A DNA stretch of 64,000 nucleotides from Octopus sinensis (taxonomy: Eukaryota). This document shows positions 49,420-62,010 of the stretch, piece after piece; the first letter of the stretch is position 1, and each line of letters opens with the position of its first letter. Made by a program: the position numbers and the translations under genes. The notes beneath the pieces are model-generated. The model ran no database searches and was not told where the DNA came from. It saw only the letters and a list, made by a program, of their open reading frames with translations. The stretch spans positions 37,510,001 to 37,574,000 of the forward strand of contig NC_043001.1 in the NCBI RefSeq assembly GCF_006345805.1, given 5' to 3'.

Positions 49420-52400
49420 AACAACAAACAAGATGAGGACAAATATCCATCAAATGTAAATAATGTAAATGATGTACATAATTCCTCATTTCTTAAATAT
49501 AGAACTGTACTAAAATATATTCTGCTGTAAAATTATTATGTCCACAAAATCATGTACTAAAAATATATAGATGTATAAATATATAGATACACTTAAAAAT
49601 ATATCAAAAATACATTCAAAATATATAGATATAAATATATAAATATGCCAAGAATATATTAAGAACATACAATATATAGTCCTACTTACAATAAAAACGA
49701 TATTAAAATTATATACACCGAAGAAGATGGCAGTGATATTAAATCAATAGAACTTACATTTTATTACATCTTTGTACCACTATGCCCCCAGAAACGGCCA
49801 TCGGATTTTAACAAATTATAAACCTCTACATGGATTTACAATATTTTCTATACTTCACCCATTCTGTGTATATCATTTTAATATCGTTTTTATTGTAAGA
49901 AGGACTATATATATTGTAAGTTCTTAATATAGTCTTAATATATTTATATATTTATATCTATATATTTTTAATGTATTTTTAATATATTTTTAAGTGTATT
50001 TATATATATCTATATATTTTTTGTACATGATTTTGTCCACAAAATAATTTTACAACAGAATATATTTTAGCAACCTATTTTTTGTCTCTCATCATTATTT
50101 TTCCTGTACTTCTATGGCTCAAATATGCTGAGCACATCAATGTGTCCTGTATATAGAGAAAATTTTATCTTTTGAAAATAAATTACATATATATATATGT
50201 GTGTGTGTGTGTACATCTGTGTATCTCTGTTTGTGTCTGTGTTTGTCCCCACATTGCATGACAACCGATGTTGGTGTGTTTATGTCCCCATAACTTAGCA
50301 GTTTGGCAAAAGGGACCAAAAGAACAAGTACTAGGTTTTAAAAAATTTAAATCCTTTCAAGGTTTTGCTCCAGCATGGCTGCAGTTAAATGACTGAAACA
50401 ACTAAAAGAATAAAATAAAAGAATAAGTGACGTGAAAGTACTACCATCATAAATCATATAAAAATAAGAACATGGATTCATCTTGTTTAGGAAGTTTGCC
50501 ACCAATCTACAGCACTTTTAGTCTCCCAAATAACAATAATGATGGTTTCAAATTTAGGCACAAGGCCAGCAATGTTTGGGGAGCGGGTAAGTCAATTACA
50601 CTGACCTCCATGCTTGACTTTATTTTATCAACCTTGTAAGGATGAAAAGCAATATTAACCTCAGTGGTATTTGAACTCAGAATGTAACAGGCCTGGAAAT
50701 TGCCACTAAGCATATTGATTTCTAATTTTGGCACATGACCAGCAAGTATGGGTTAAGTCAATTACATCGATCCCAGTGATCAACTGGTACCTATTTTATC
50801 AGTCCCAAAAGGGTGAAAGGCAAAGTGATCCTGACAGGATTTGAACTCAGAACATAAAGACGGGTGAAAAGCTGCTAAGAACTTTGCCTTGTGTGCTAAT
50901 GATTCTGCCAGCTCGCCACTTTAACAATAATAAGCATTAATTTATCCTTTGTTAATAGCAAATACTACTAACGGTTTCTAATGTAGGTACAAGACCAACA
51001 ATTTTGAAGGGATGAGAGCACTTAATAGCATTGATCCCAATACTTGACTGGTAATTTATTTTATCAATCCTGAAATGATTTCTCAGCAGGATTTGAACCC
51101 AGAATGTAAGAAGCTGGAAGAAATATCACAAAGCATTTTCCTCACAATAACAGTATTACTAGCAGTGACAATAACAAAATAATAAAAATAAAAACAACAA
51201 TAAATAATAATATGAAAAGAAAACCAAATGTTGACCTTGGAAGTTGAGAATGAATATCAGAGATTTTTGTTTTGTAGTGTGTGCACCATCGTCACCATTA
51301 TTATCAACACAACTAATGATCAGTCAAATAGTATTTAGAAGAACATTTGAAAACATTGCAAATAAATCAATGATTAAAAGTCTTCAAAATAACAACAATG
51401 GCTAAATCAATATTAGTTTGAACAATTCAGAAACAAAGATAACACAAGTTAATGTGTATAGCCCATATAATTTGTGAATGTTCAATATTTATGAAACATA
51501 TGAACCTTACAAAAGAAAGTTTAAAAATGAATATAATAAAAGTATGTCATGAGTAATACTCATAAATTCTAAGCAACACCCACCCTAAAATTCCACTGCA
51601 AAAATTACTCCTCAAATATCTAGAGCAGTGATTTTGGTCCCCAGTCTCTGTGGCTCTGTATTTTATTTCCAGCACATCCTACATAGATAAGGAAGTAACA
51701 CAACACTATAAAAGGTAACATCAAAAGAAATTTCGAAGTGGTAACAAGAACAATGCTTCCTTAGAAATGTGTTATTTTAACACGCTCCCTTAAGTACCCC
51801 CACTGCTTCATTTTTGGTGCAAGTATAGAACCACTGAACTAAATGAACTAGTCATGAAAAGCTGTGGAATTTTAAAAGTATTATCTCTCCTATGTGGTTC
51901 TGATGAATGTATATTCTCCAAACATAATAAAATATCTCCAACAACAATAGCTACATATGCTCAAATTTTATGAGAATTTACCTATTAGCTTGAGTGAATT
52001 CTGAGGAACCAAAACAACTAAGTGCTAGCTAAGTCCATTTTGCCCATCTTCATTGTGAATATGACCAAAGCCTTTAAATAAATATATACAAATAAAGTAG
52101 ATAAGAAATTGTTTGAGACCTGTTCTGATTGCCAAAATATGCACTATGTAGTCATCCACTACATAGTAAAGGCAAAACTTTAAAATAAGTCTCAACATGA
52201 TTGATCAATCTTCAAGAAATAGCAACAGAATAACTATTATTTTTGAAAAGGAAGGTTACATTAAATAATGTAAAATAAAAACAAAAAAAAATCGCAAAAA
52301 AATATTAAAACAGTAGTCATTGTTGGAATGTCTTTGATCATTAATCTGCTTGATTAGCACTGACTTCAGATTAAATGATAATTTTATTCAAGCAGCTGCT

Positions 52401-55400
52401 AAATGTTTCAATGTTGTGTAACAACCCATTGATGAAGCTCTAAAATCTTAAATAAGAAGGAAAAACATATCACAAAAGAACATTTTTACCATTGGAGAAA
52501 ATCTTCAACATAACTGCCCATCAAACTTTTTATGATACTAGACAAAAAAAAGTGCTTGTTTCCTTTTCTAATCAAAAATAAGTATCTTGCTTTTAAGAAT
52601 AAATTTAGGCTCATGTTGCAACTGTTTAAGGTTTAAATAACAATCAGCTCTCAATCATTAAGGCTTAACCATCAATCTGTGTTAAGGTTCCCCAAATATC
52701 AGTACCTATGACAATGTCCAAGTCATATATATTCCATTACTGTCTTACAAAACTATTTGTATCCAAGTTTTAGAATAAGTATACCATATTTCTGCTTCTC
52801 ATAAGAAGCATTGGTAACAAGAAGGGCATCCAACTGTGTCACTGCCTCAGAAAAACCATCCAACCCATGCCAACACGAAAGAGCAGATGTAAAATGAAGA
52901 TGATGATAACTGTTTTACAAAACCAAAGAAAATAATCTTTACCCTTTTACTTGTTTCAGTCATTTGACTGCGGCCATGCTGGAGTATCACCTTGAAGGGT
53001 TTTAGTCAAAGAAATCAACCCCAGGACTTATTCTATTGGTCTCTTTTGCTGACCTACTAAGGTATGGGGATATAAACATACCAACACCAGTTGTAAAATT
53101 TGTTTTAAATGTTTGTATCAATAAATGAGGTTTAAATATGTGTCTTGCTATTTAAATTCTCTCTGAGCTGATTAACCTCTCACTCATTATATATTTCTGT
53201 GTTATGTTCATCAAACTTATGGTAGCTTCAAAAAGACAAAGCTTCTGATATTATCAACTGTTTTCTCTTGTAATACCAACATGTTTAAGTTTTCTTAGAC
53301 TATTTTTTTTCATTCTTTTTTTGGTAGATATAATCACCTGCTTTCTGTTTTTCTTGGCCCTAACTTTGTTATAGTAACCAGTTGTAACTAGTTATGATCA
53401 ATCACCAAGGTGTAACATGTTATCTAAGCTTCGATAATTCATTTAATTTAAACGTGTCATATTTGACATAGGATTTTTCTTATACAAATATTTTAATGTT
53501 TCCAGTCCAAGTTAAAGTCATTAATCAATTGAAATCAAGTGAAACTCATTAATTCAAGGGAAAATATAGAAGTTTCATTTCTATAGGTAATATTTCAGGT
53601 TTTCTGCCTGCAAAGCTAGCCAACATATTACATCTAGGTGACAACTTACATATTCAACATGACCTTTAAAGTACTTTGTGAAAATATTTGATTTTTGGAT
53701 CACTAGCTATTGATCCTCTGGGTTTTGAAACTAACAAGTCAAGCAAATAAATCCAATTCTATAACAATCATTAATTTCTTTTTTTATTGATAAACAACAA
53801 AGAGGAATCAATAATGTTAGACAAAAATAATTCCAAATTTCTCTTGATACAAATGCAGCAAAAAGAAAAAAAGAAAAAAGGAAAGAAAAAGCTATTTTTC
53901 ATGTACTTAAAGCACACTATAATTCTTCAAAAAAAAAACAAATCCAATAATATTTAATGAATTATAGAATTAACTTTTTTATGAATATTTGCACACAGAT
54001 ATACAAACACATGCAAACATACAAATTTATTCTTGACATCAAATACAATACAGTTTAACTTCTCACAAATGGCACTGCCAATCTGAATAGATCAACTTAA
54101 AATGAAGAGGATTTAAAAGACATATTAAAAAAAATATTGAAACCAGATTTTTGTTTTACTGTTCTGGTTCTTTTTAAATTGGTATTTTGGATAAAATAAA
54201 GATGCAGCTTTTATTTTCTGAGGGGAGGGAGATAGTTTTTTTTTTTCAATCACTTACTTGATTTTTCTTTATGCACAACTTAAAATATTTGTAGCACAGA
54301 GAAATTTGAAAAGTAAAGAAAAAAGAAAACAAAAATACTTAACCATTCACCAATACTACACAATAGAAAACCGGCTTCTATTGTTAAATATAGGTAGACT
54401 CAGTGGATCAGATGGAAGGAAATTGCAGAAAAACAACTAACAAAGTAATAATAACCAACAATAACAACAAAAATAGCAATCTTAACTATTTTCAACCAAT
54501 TTTTTTACTCATTGTACACTGAGTAAGGTTCTGCAAATGTTGTCACACCATCAGCTCTTTAAAATTTTATGAAAAAAAAAAAGAAAGAATATTTAAATTG
54601 CCTCAAAACAGAGATTGGTGCATGTACTGCGCTTTGCTATATAGAAGTACAGATTCAATGGTGCAGTGCATTAGAACAAGTTTCTTGAATATTCCACTAT
54701 TTTACAAATTGCCTTAAAAAATTGTGGCACATTGTGGCCCATATATGGCACATGTTTGCAACATATATGGCATACTTATGTGTCACAACATAGTGGTTGG
54801 TTACACGATTGCTTGATCTGTTAGAAATAGCAGAGAACTCTACTGCATATATTACTCTACCATGTTCAATAAATAAAGATGGACACATTAGATAATCTAG
54901 TCCTCAATACACTGTGCTCTTAAAAAGAAAAAAGGGAGAATGGTCATGGCTGGAGTGGTTTTGGTTATGGAATCTAGTGAATCAAGGCTGGAATGTAATT
55001 GGTTATGATTCCAATCAGTCAAGGTTGATCTGTATCTAAATAATAACAACTAAAGTAACAAAAGGATTACTTACATAAAATACAAAATTAAATGACGGAA
55101 AAATAAATATTCAAGAAAAATTTAGGAAAGGAAATTTTTGGGAATAAAAACTGAGTAAAGAGAGGGAATAAATATATTTTACTGTCTTTTGTTGGAAGAT
55201 ATAGACAAATTTATAAGCAATTGCTAATCCTCTCCCAATCACTTCATCTATTCCTCTCCCCATTCCCATCACCTGTTCTTCTCTTTCCACCCCCTCATGT
55301 TCTCTTGTACCTTAAGGGTAAGGCCATGTTATCTTGTACCTTAAGGGTAAGTCCAGACACATGACCACCCTATCTTCTTCTTCACTGCTTTTCCAGCTGA

Positions 55401-56172
55401 GGTAGCCATGTATGTCCTCTACAGCAAGACACCTGTTCCTATCTCTCTATCATACATTTGGCAATAAAAACATAGCATATAGCTGTCTTTCACAATTAAG
55501 TGGTCTTGTCTTGTGAGCTACTTGGCAACCTCATTGGTGCAGGTGACATGAAAAAGTACCCAGTATACTCTGTAAAGTCGCTGGTGCCAGGAAGGGCATC
55601 CCATCACAGAAACACGCCAAAATAGATATTGAAGGTCAAAGCAGCCCTTTCACTTGTCTGATTCTGTTGAACCATTCAATTCATGCCATCATGGAATATG
55701 GATGTTAAACGATGATGATGATGATGATGATGATGATAAAACATACAAAAATGGATTTGGAACAAAATATACTCTTTTACTTGTTTCAGTCATTTGAGTG
55801 CGGCCATGCTGGAGCACCACCTTTAGTCGAGCAAATCAACACCCAGGACTTATTCTTTGTAAGCCTAGTACTTATTCTATCAATCTCTTTTGCTGAAGCG
55901 CTAAGTTACGGGAATGTAAACATACCAGCATCGGTTGTCAAGCGATGTTGGGAGGACAAACACAGACACATACACACACACACACACATATATATATACA
56001 TATATATGACGGGCTTTTTTCAATTTTCGTCTACCAGATCCACTCACAAGGCTTTGGTCGACCTGAGGCTATAGTAGAAGACACTTGCCCAAGGTGCCAC
56101 ACATGTGGTTGGTAAGCAAGCTACTTCCCACACAGCCACTCCTGCGCCTATAATATATTATTATTATTATTA

Positions 56173-56218
<46 letters not shown>

Positions 56219-56969
56219 AGGTGGTGAGCTGACAGAATTGTTAGCATGCCAGGCAAAATGCTTGACAGCATTTCGTCCGTCTTCACATTCTGAGTTCAAA
56301 TTCCATCAAGGCTGACATTGTCTTTCAGTCTTTCAGGGTTGATGAAATGAGTACCACCTAAGCACTGAGGCCGATGTAATCAACTTATCCCATTAAATAT
56401 ATTTGAACTAAATTAAAGATTGGATATAACAAGAGCAAGAACACACACACACAGATAGACAATCAGACAGACAGATAGATAATGTTTGCACTCTAAAATA
56501 TATTTTGATACATTTTATTCTTACATTATGATATATGCATACACATGCACACACACACACACATTTTAGTTGATGTTGCCCTACACACTTCTTCCGTGAG
56601 ATTTGTAATGTCTAGTATACATTTTAACAGAAGATACAATTCATCTTCAGTGTGAAAAGTAAACAAAGTGGTTACACCACACAATTTATCTCTCAGTGTG
56701 CAGAAAACACAGATCAGTCTGACTACCGTCATGCCAAGACCTTTATCAAAGAAAGAATACCCATCTATCTACAGACAAAGTTTTAGTTTATAATTATTTA
56801 TAAAGGCGTAGGAGTGGCTATGTGGTAAGTAGCTTGCTTGCCAACCACATGGTTCCAGGTTCAGACCCACTGCGTGGCACCTTGGGCAAGTGTCTTCTAC
56901 TATAGCCTTGGACCGACGAAAGCCTTGTGAGTGGATTTGGTAGACAGAAACTGAAAGAAGCCTGTCGTA

Positions 56970-57039
<70 letters not shown>

Positions 57040-57931
57040 AGTGTATATGTTTGTGTGTCTGTGTTTTTTCTCCCAACATCGCTTGACAACCAATGCTGGT
57101 GTGTTTATGTCCCCATAACACACCAGCAGTTTGGCAAAAGAGAACAATAGAATAAGTACTAGGCTTACAAAGAATAAGTCCTGGGGTTGATTTGCTCGAC
57201 TAAAAGGCGGTGCTCCAGCATGGCCACATTCAAATGACTGAAACAAGTGAAAGAGTAAAAGAGAGTATACAAACTGAAACAGAGCAGAATTGGTCTGTCT
57301 AATTTTCACAACAGTATAGGAACAGAGAATGGTAGTCATGTTGCTTACTCTTTACGGTAAGATTAAATTGTCTGCTTATTAAAAAGGTTTACCTGAGATT
57401 TCAAATTATCTTAAAAACAGTGCGCAGTGCAATATAAATGTTACTTTTAATGCACTATTATGCAAATTAGAGAGACCAGTTCAGATTTGTCTTAAGTTGA
57501 AACATAGTAAATAGCTGCAAGGTAATAATCTCAGGAAGATGAATGGCATGAATGAGATGATAAAGGAAAGTAATAAGTGGCAAGATGTTGTGCTAGAGAA
57601 GATCTGTCCAACCCATGCAAGCATGGAAAAGCAGATGTAAAATGATGATGATGATCATTGTCCTTTACAGGTGGTGGTACCATGTAAAATGCACTCATGC
57701 ATAAATGCACCCATGCTGGTGGCATGTAAAAAGCACCCAGCACGCTCTGTAAAGTGGTTGGCATAAACAAGAGCATTCAGCTGCAGAAATCATGCCACAA
57801 CAGATAAATGGAGCCTGGGAGCCTGAACAGCTCCCCAGCAGGCCAAATCCTGTCAAAGCATCCAACCCATACCAGCATGGAAAACACGTTAAACAATGAT
57901 GATGATATTAGCATCATGACCATCCCAAAAT

Positions 57932-57976
<45 letters not shown>

Positions 57977-58076
57977 CACATACATATAAATACACTCACA
58001 TGCAAAAATATATAAACATATATATAGGGTCCTTCTGTGTCAGTCCTACATGTATGTTATATAGTATTTAATGCAT

Positions 58077-58134
<58 letters not shown>

Positions 58135-58135
58135 G

Positions 58136-58169
<34 letters not shown>

Positions 58170-58175
58170 CAGATA

Positions 58176-58947
58176 CAGGGTGTGACGGGTAAATTGTTGC
58201 CATTTTATATTTTTAATTTCATGCATGTACATTGTTTGTTTCTGATTTTATCAACTACACAGTATAGTAGGGTCAGTTGGGCTCCAATACAAACAGATGG
58301 TGAACACATAAGACAACCATTGGCTTTCCATGTCCCCAAAACATGTACCAAGAGTGATGAAAATCAAATATTCAGTCAACATCATGGTATTCGGAGTAAT
58401 CACTAGTGATGGAGACATTATGCCTCCATTAATCTTCCCATATGGCCTCAGACCCAACAAAGTGGCCTATGTCAAGTGCCTGGAGGAGGTAGTGCTGCCC
58501 TAGATCAAGAAGGTGACTGCTGAAAGACCCTATGTCTGGCAACAGGACTCTGCATCATGACACACAAGTAGGAGAACCCAGTCATGGCTGTCAGGCAATT
58601 TCTGTGATCACATTACCCCTAACATCTGGCCACCTAATTCCCCAGACTGCAACCCTCTTGATTATTATGTGTGGGAGGCAGTTGAGTGAGAGACCAACAA
58701 AGTTCCTCGTAACACCAAAGGTGAACTGAAGGCAAGGATTATTGCAGCATTCACCAACTTAAACAAAGAGACCGTCCAGAAGAGTTGCAGGAGATTCCAA
58801 AGTCGTCTGGAGGCTGTGATTGAAGTCAATGGCAATTTTATTGAATAAATTTACTCTTTAGCATTTGAAGATATTTTATGTAATTTTGGTAAAATGAGAT
58901 GTCAGTATCATTTTCATTTTTGCGTAATTTAGATTCACCACACCCTG
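58176..58947 (+). mobile_element. Internally deleted DD37D (maT-type) mariner-like transposon
   Basis: TA|CAGGGTGTG...CACACCCTG|TA. Translation WQQDSAS*H...WPPNSPDCNPLDYYVW has 37 residues between the two Asp; stops present. Confidence 0.85.
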
Positions 58948-58956
58948 TATACATAC

Positions 58957-59041
<85 letters not shown>

Positions 59042-59047
59042 AGTAAT

Positions 59048-59405
59048 TTTAGAGACAGAACCACCTTCAACTCAATCAACACTGAAAGATTTTATACCCG
59101 ACCACTCAATAAAATGTTAAATATTAAATCTTATACTAACTATATCAATTCTGAATCCCATATTTACCATTTATATGACTACATGTGTTACATGAAAGTA
59201 CATCGGTATTGATTAGATACGAGGTATCTAGTTTCAATACTTAATCGGGTCGACATACTTCCAATTTCAGGTCTGGATTCCTCAACATTTTTCACTACCC
59301 CTACTTCTTATATACCTCCATGATACTCTATATCTATATTTATTGAGTGGTTGGGTGTAAAATCTTTCAGTGTTGATTGAGTTGAAAGTGGTTCTGTCTC
59401 TAAAA
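59048..59405. repeat. About 67-bp inverted repeat pair enclosing a hairpin; foldback or pLTR-like element
   Basis: 59048-59114 is inverted at 59339-59405 (3 mismatches). Internal hairpin at 59207-59240. Confidence 0.75.
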
Positions 59406-59769
59406 CTAATTTTATATATACAAATTAAACATTGAGAGATGTTCATTTTAGTACATCTAATTTGAATGTCTTTTTCCTGTGTACTCAGAAATAATATTCC
59501 CTAATAATTATAATTTTATTAATAAATATATATCATCATCCTCATCATCGTTTAATGTCTGCTTTCCATGCTAGCATAGTTTGGACAATTTGACTGAGGA
59601 CTGGCGAACCAGATGGCAGCACCAGACTCCATATATATATATGTATATCACCTTGACTGACCAGTCTGTCGGGCGTCCTACATTCATACATATATATATA
59701 TATATATATACATGCATACACACACATATATATACATATATACACACATACATAGTAGCTGCTTTCTCA

Positions 59770-60120
59770 TATATGAGCAAAACTATTGCTAGAAAGAATC
59801 ATTGATGATGCAATGTGAGGCCTTTGTATGACTCTTGAGCCCAGACAAAGATGTACACATTTTATTACATAATGCACACACCTGTGCTGGCTGACAGAAA
59901 GAACAGGTGCCCCAGTATGAAGTCTTTTGACAAGCCTTTTCAAATCTCCAACTGAAAGGCACACCTTTCCACAGGTTGCACATATTCTGTTGTGAACAAT
60001 AGCCACATGACAATTTACAAGGGGTTGATTCCTGTGAATTCTCTGATGGTTGACCAGGCCTGCATGACTCAAGTCATGGGTTTTGAAGCTTTTGCTTTCA
60101 TCTTTGGCAAATGGTATTTT
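59770..60120 (-). mobile_element. LINE C-terminal fragment with degenerate zinc-finger motifs
   Basis: S.AGLVNHQRIH, CATCGKVC.S.GDLKR and CALCNKMC.SLSGLKSH across frames. Confidence 0.45.
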
Positions 60121-60536
60121 TACCCTTCTTTTATTCAAATATTTAATATTATACCTATTAAGGTAGAAGTCTTGCTAACCTCCTCATTATTAGTTTTTAA
60201 CAGTAATAATACTTTCATATAGTTGCTTATATATATATATATATATCACGTGATCACGTGACCGACCAGACCATCAGATGTTGTTACACATCGCTGGTCA
60301 CAATGCGTTTGCATTGTTTTAGCCTTCGAATGACGCCACCCCGCTGGCTAAGCGAGCAGGCCAACAGAAGAAAGAGTGGTGAAAGAGTACAGCAGGGATC
60401 ACCACCCCCTGCCGGAGCGTTGTGAAGCTTTTAGGTGTTTTCGCTCAATAAACACTCACAACACCCGGTCTTGGAATTGAAACCGCGATCCTGCGACCGC
60501 GAGTCCGCTGCCCTAACCACTGGGCCATTGCGCCTC

Positions 60537-60597
<61 letters not shown>

Positions 60598-60624
60598 ATG
60601 TATGTATGTATGTATATGTATCAA

Positions 60625-62010
60625 ATTGCTGGATCAGGTCATGAAAATTACAGAGAGAGAGTCATATCTCAACTAATTAGGGATAGAATTAAACTAGATG
60701 AGATGCAGTTTGGTCTTGTTCCTGGATAAGTACCACAGATGCCATCTTCATAGTGAGACAGTTGCAAGAAAAGTATTTGGCCAAAAGTAAGCCATTGTGC
60801 CTTCATTGATCTGGAGAAAGCTTTCGACAGGGTCCCCTACTCTCTTATCTGGTGGTCTCTAAGGAAGCTAGGAGTATAAGAATGGCTTGTTAGAGTAGTT
60901 CAAGCCATGTACAGCGATGTTGGCAGTAAGGTGAGAGTTGGCCTTGAAAACAGTGATGAATTTAACATACAAGTTAGAATACACCAGGGATCAGTTCTTA
61001 TTCCACTCTTATTCATCAGAGTTCTCCAGGCCATAACAGACAAATTCAAAACTGGATACCCATGGAAACTACTATATGCTGATGATCTTGCTCTTATTGC
61101 AAACTCTGAAGCAGAATTGGAAAAGAAGTTCCAGGTTTGGAAGCAAAACCCGGAACCAAAGATCTTTAATGTTAACTTAGCTAAGACTAAAGTTGTTAGT
61201 GCAAGAAGAGATAATTCTCTCATTCCAGCTGATAAATGGCCCTGTTCAATATGTAGAAAAGGCATGGGGTGTAACTCCATTTGCTGCACCAAGTGTAAGC
61301 TATAGACACATAAAAGACACAGTGGACTCATAGGAAAGTTATCAGATAAGGTTGCTTTCATGTGTGGCAGATGTTCAGGAACAGTAAGTACTAAGAGCAT
61401 GAGGGACTTAAACTCTCTCAAATGCCCAGGAGACTCTCTTGAGGTAGTTTCTGCTATTTAGGTGACCAAATTAGTAACAGTGGTGGATTCTCTGAAAGTA
61501 TTCTTAAGAATAAGATGGAGGAAGTTCAGAGAACTGCTACCTCTATTGGCAGCAAAAGGACTCTCTCTCAGAGTGAAAGGTAGATTGTGTGATGCTTGTG
61601 TGAGAATGGCTATGTTACATGGTAGTGAGACATGGACACTGATTGTGGAGGGCATGTGTAGGCTGGAGAGAAATGAAGGTAGTATTCTCTGTTGGCTTTG
61701 CAATGTCAGTGTGCATGACTAACAGAATACGACAGTGTTGAGAGAAAAGTTAGGCACAAGAGGGATTAAACATAGTATGCAGGAGAGGAGAATGAACTGA
61801 TTTGTACATGTGATATATATGAGTGAAGACAGCTGTATACAGAAGTGCCTGTCACTGAAAGTGGATGGTACTTGTGGAAGAAGAAGACCCAGGAAGACAT
61901 GGGATGAAGTGGTGAGGAATGAACTTAGGATGTTGGGGTTAATAAAGAAAATTACAGTGGACCGAGATGTTTGACAATATGAGATTCTAGAGATGACTCG
62001 TCCATGAAAC
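60625..62010 (+). mobile_element. RTE-clade LINE, RT and 3' part, decayed
   Basis: LDEMQFG, DLEKAFDRV, HQGSVL.PLLF, LLYADDL, Cys-rich insert, MLHGSETW, GRRRPRKTW. Confidence 0.9.

Larger units (their letters stand above)
48679..49507 (+). mobile_element. Composite insertion bounded by inverted hammerhead-bearing pLTR-like segments, 12-bp TSD
   Basis: TACTAAAATATA at 48667-48678 and 49508-49519. The interior holds fragments of other repeats. Confidence 0.7.
48639..50185 (+). mobile_element. AT-rich foldback element with about 230-bp inverted arms and an unpaired tail, interrupted by the 48679-49507 insert
   Basis: 48639-48678 plus 49520-49718 match the reverse complement of 49866-50098. Hammerhead-like remnant (GAAGA..GGCA..TGCC..GAAA-CGGCCA-TC) at 49719-49803. 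Confidence 0.65.

Noticed and set aside
59767-60138. Host C2H2 zinc-finger gene
   Set aside because: Frameshifted, lacks TGEKP linkers, and matches the style of LINE C-terminal fingers
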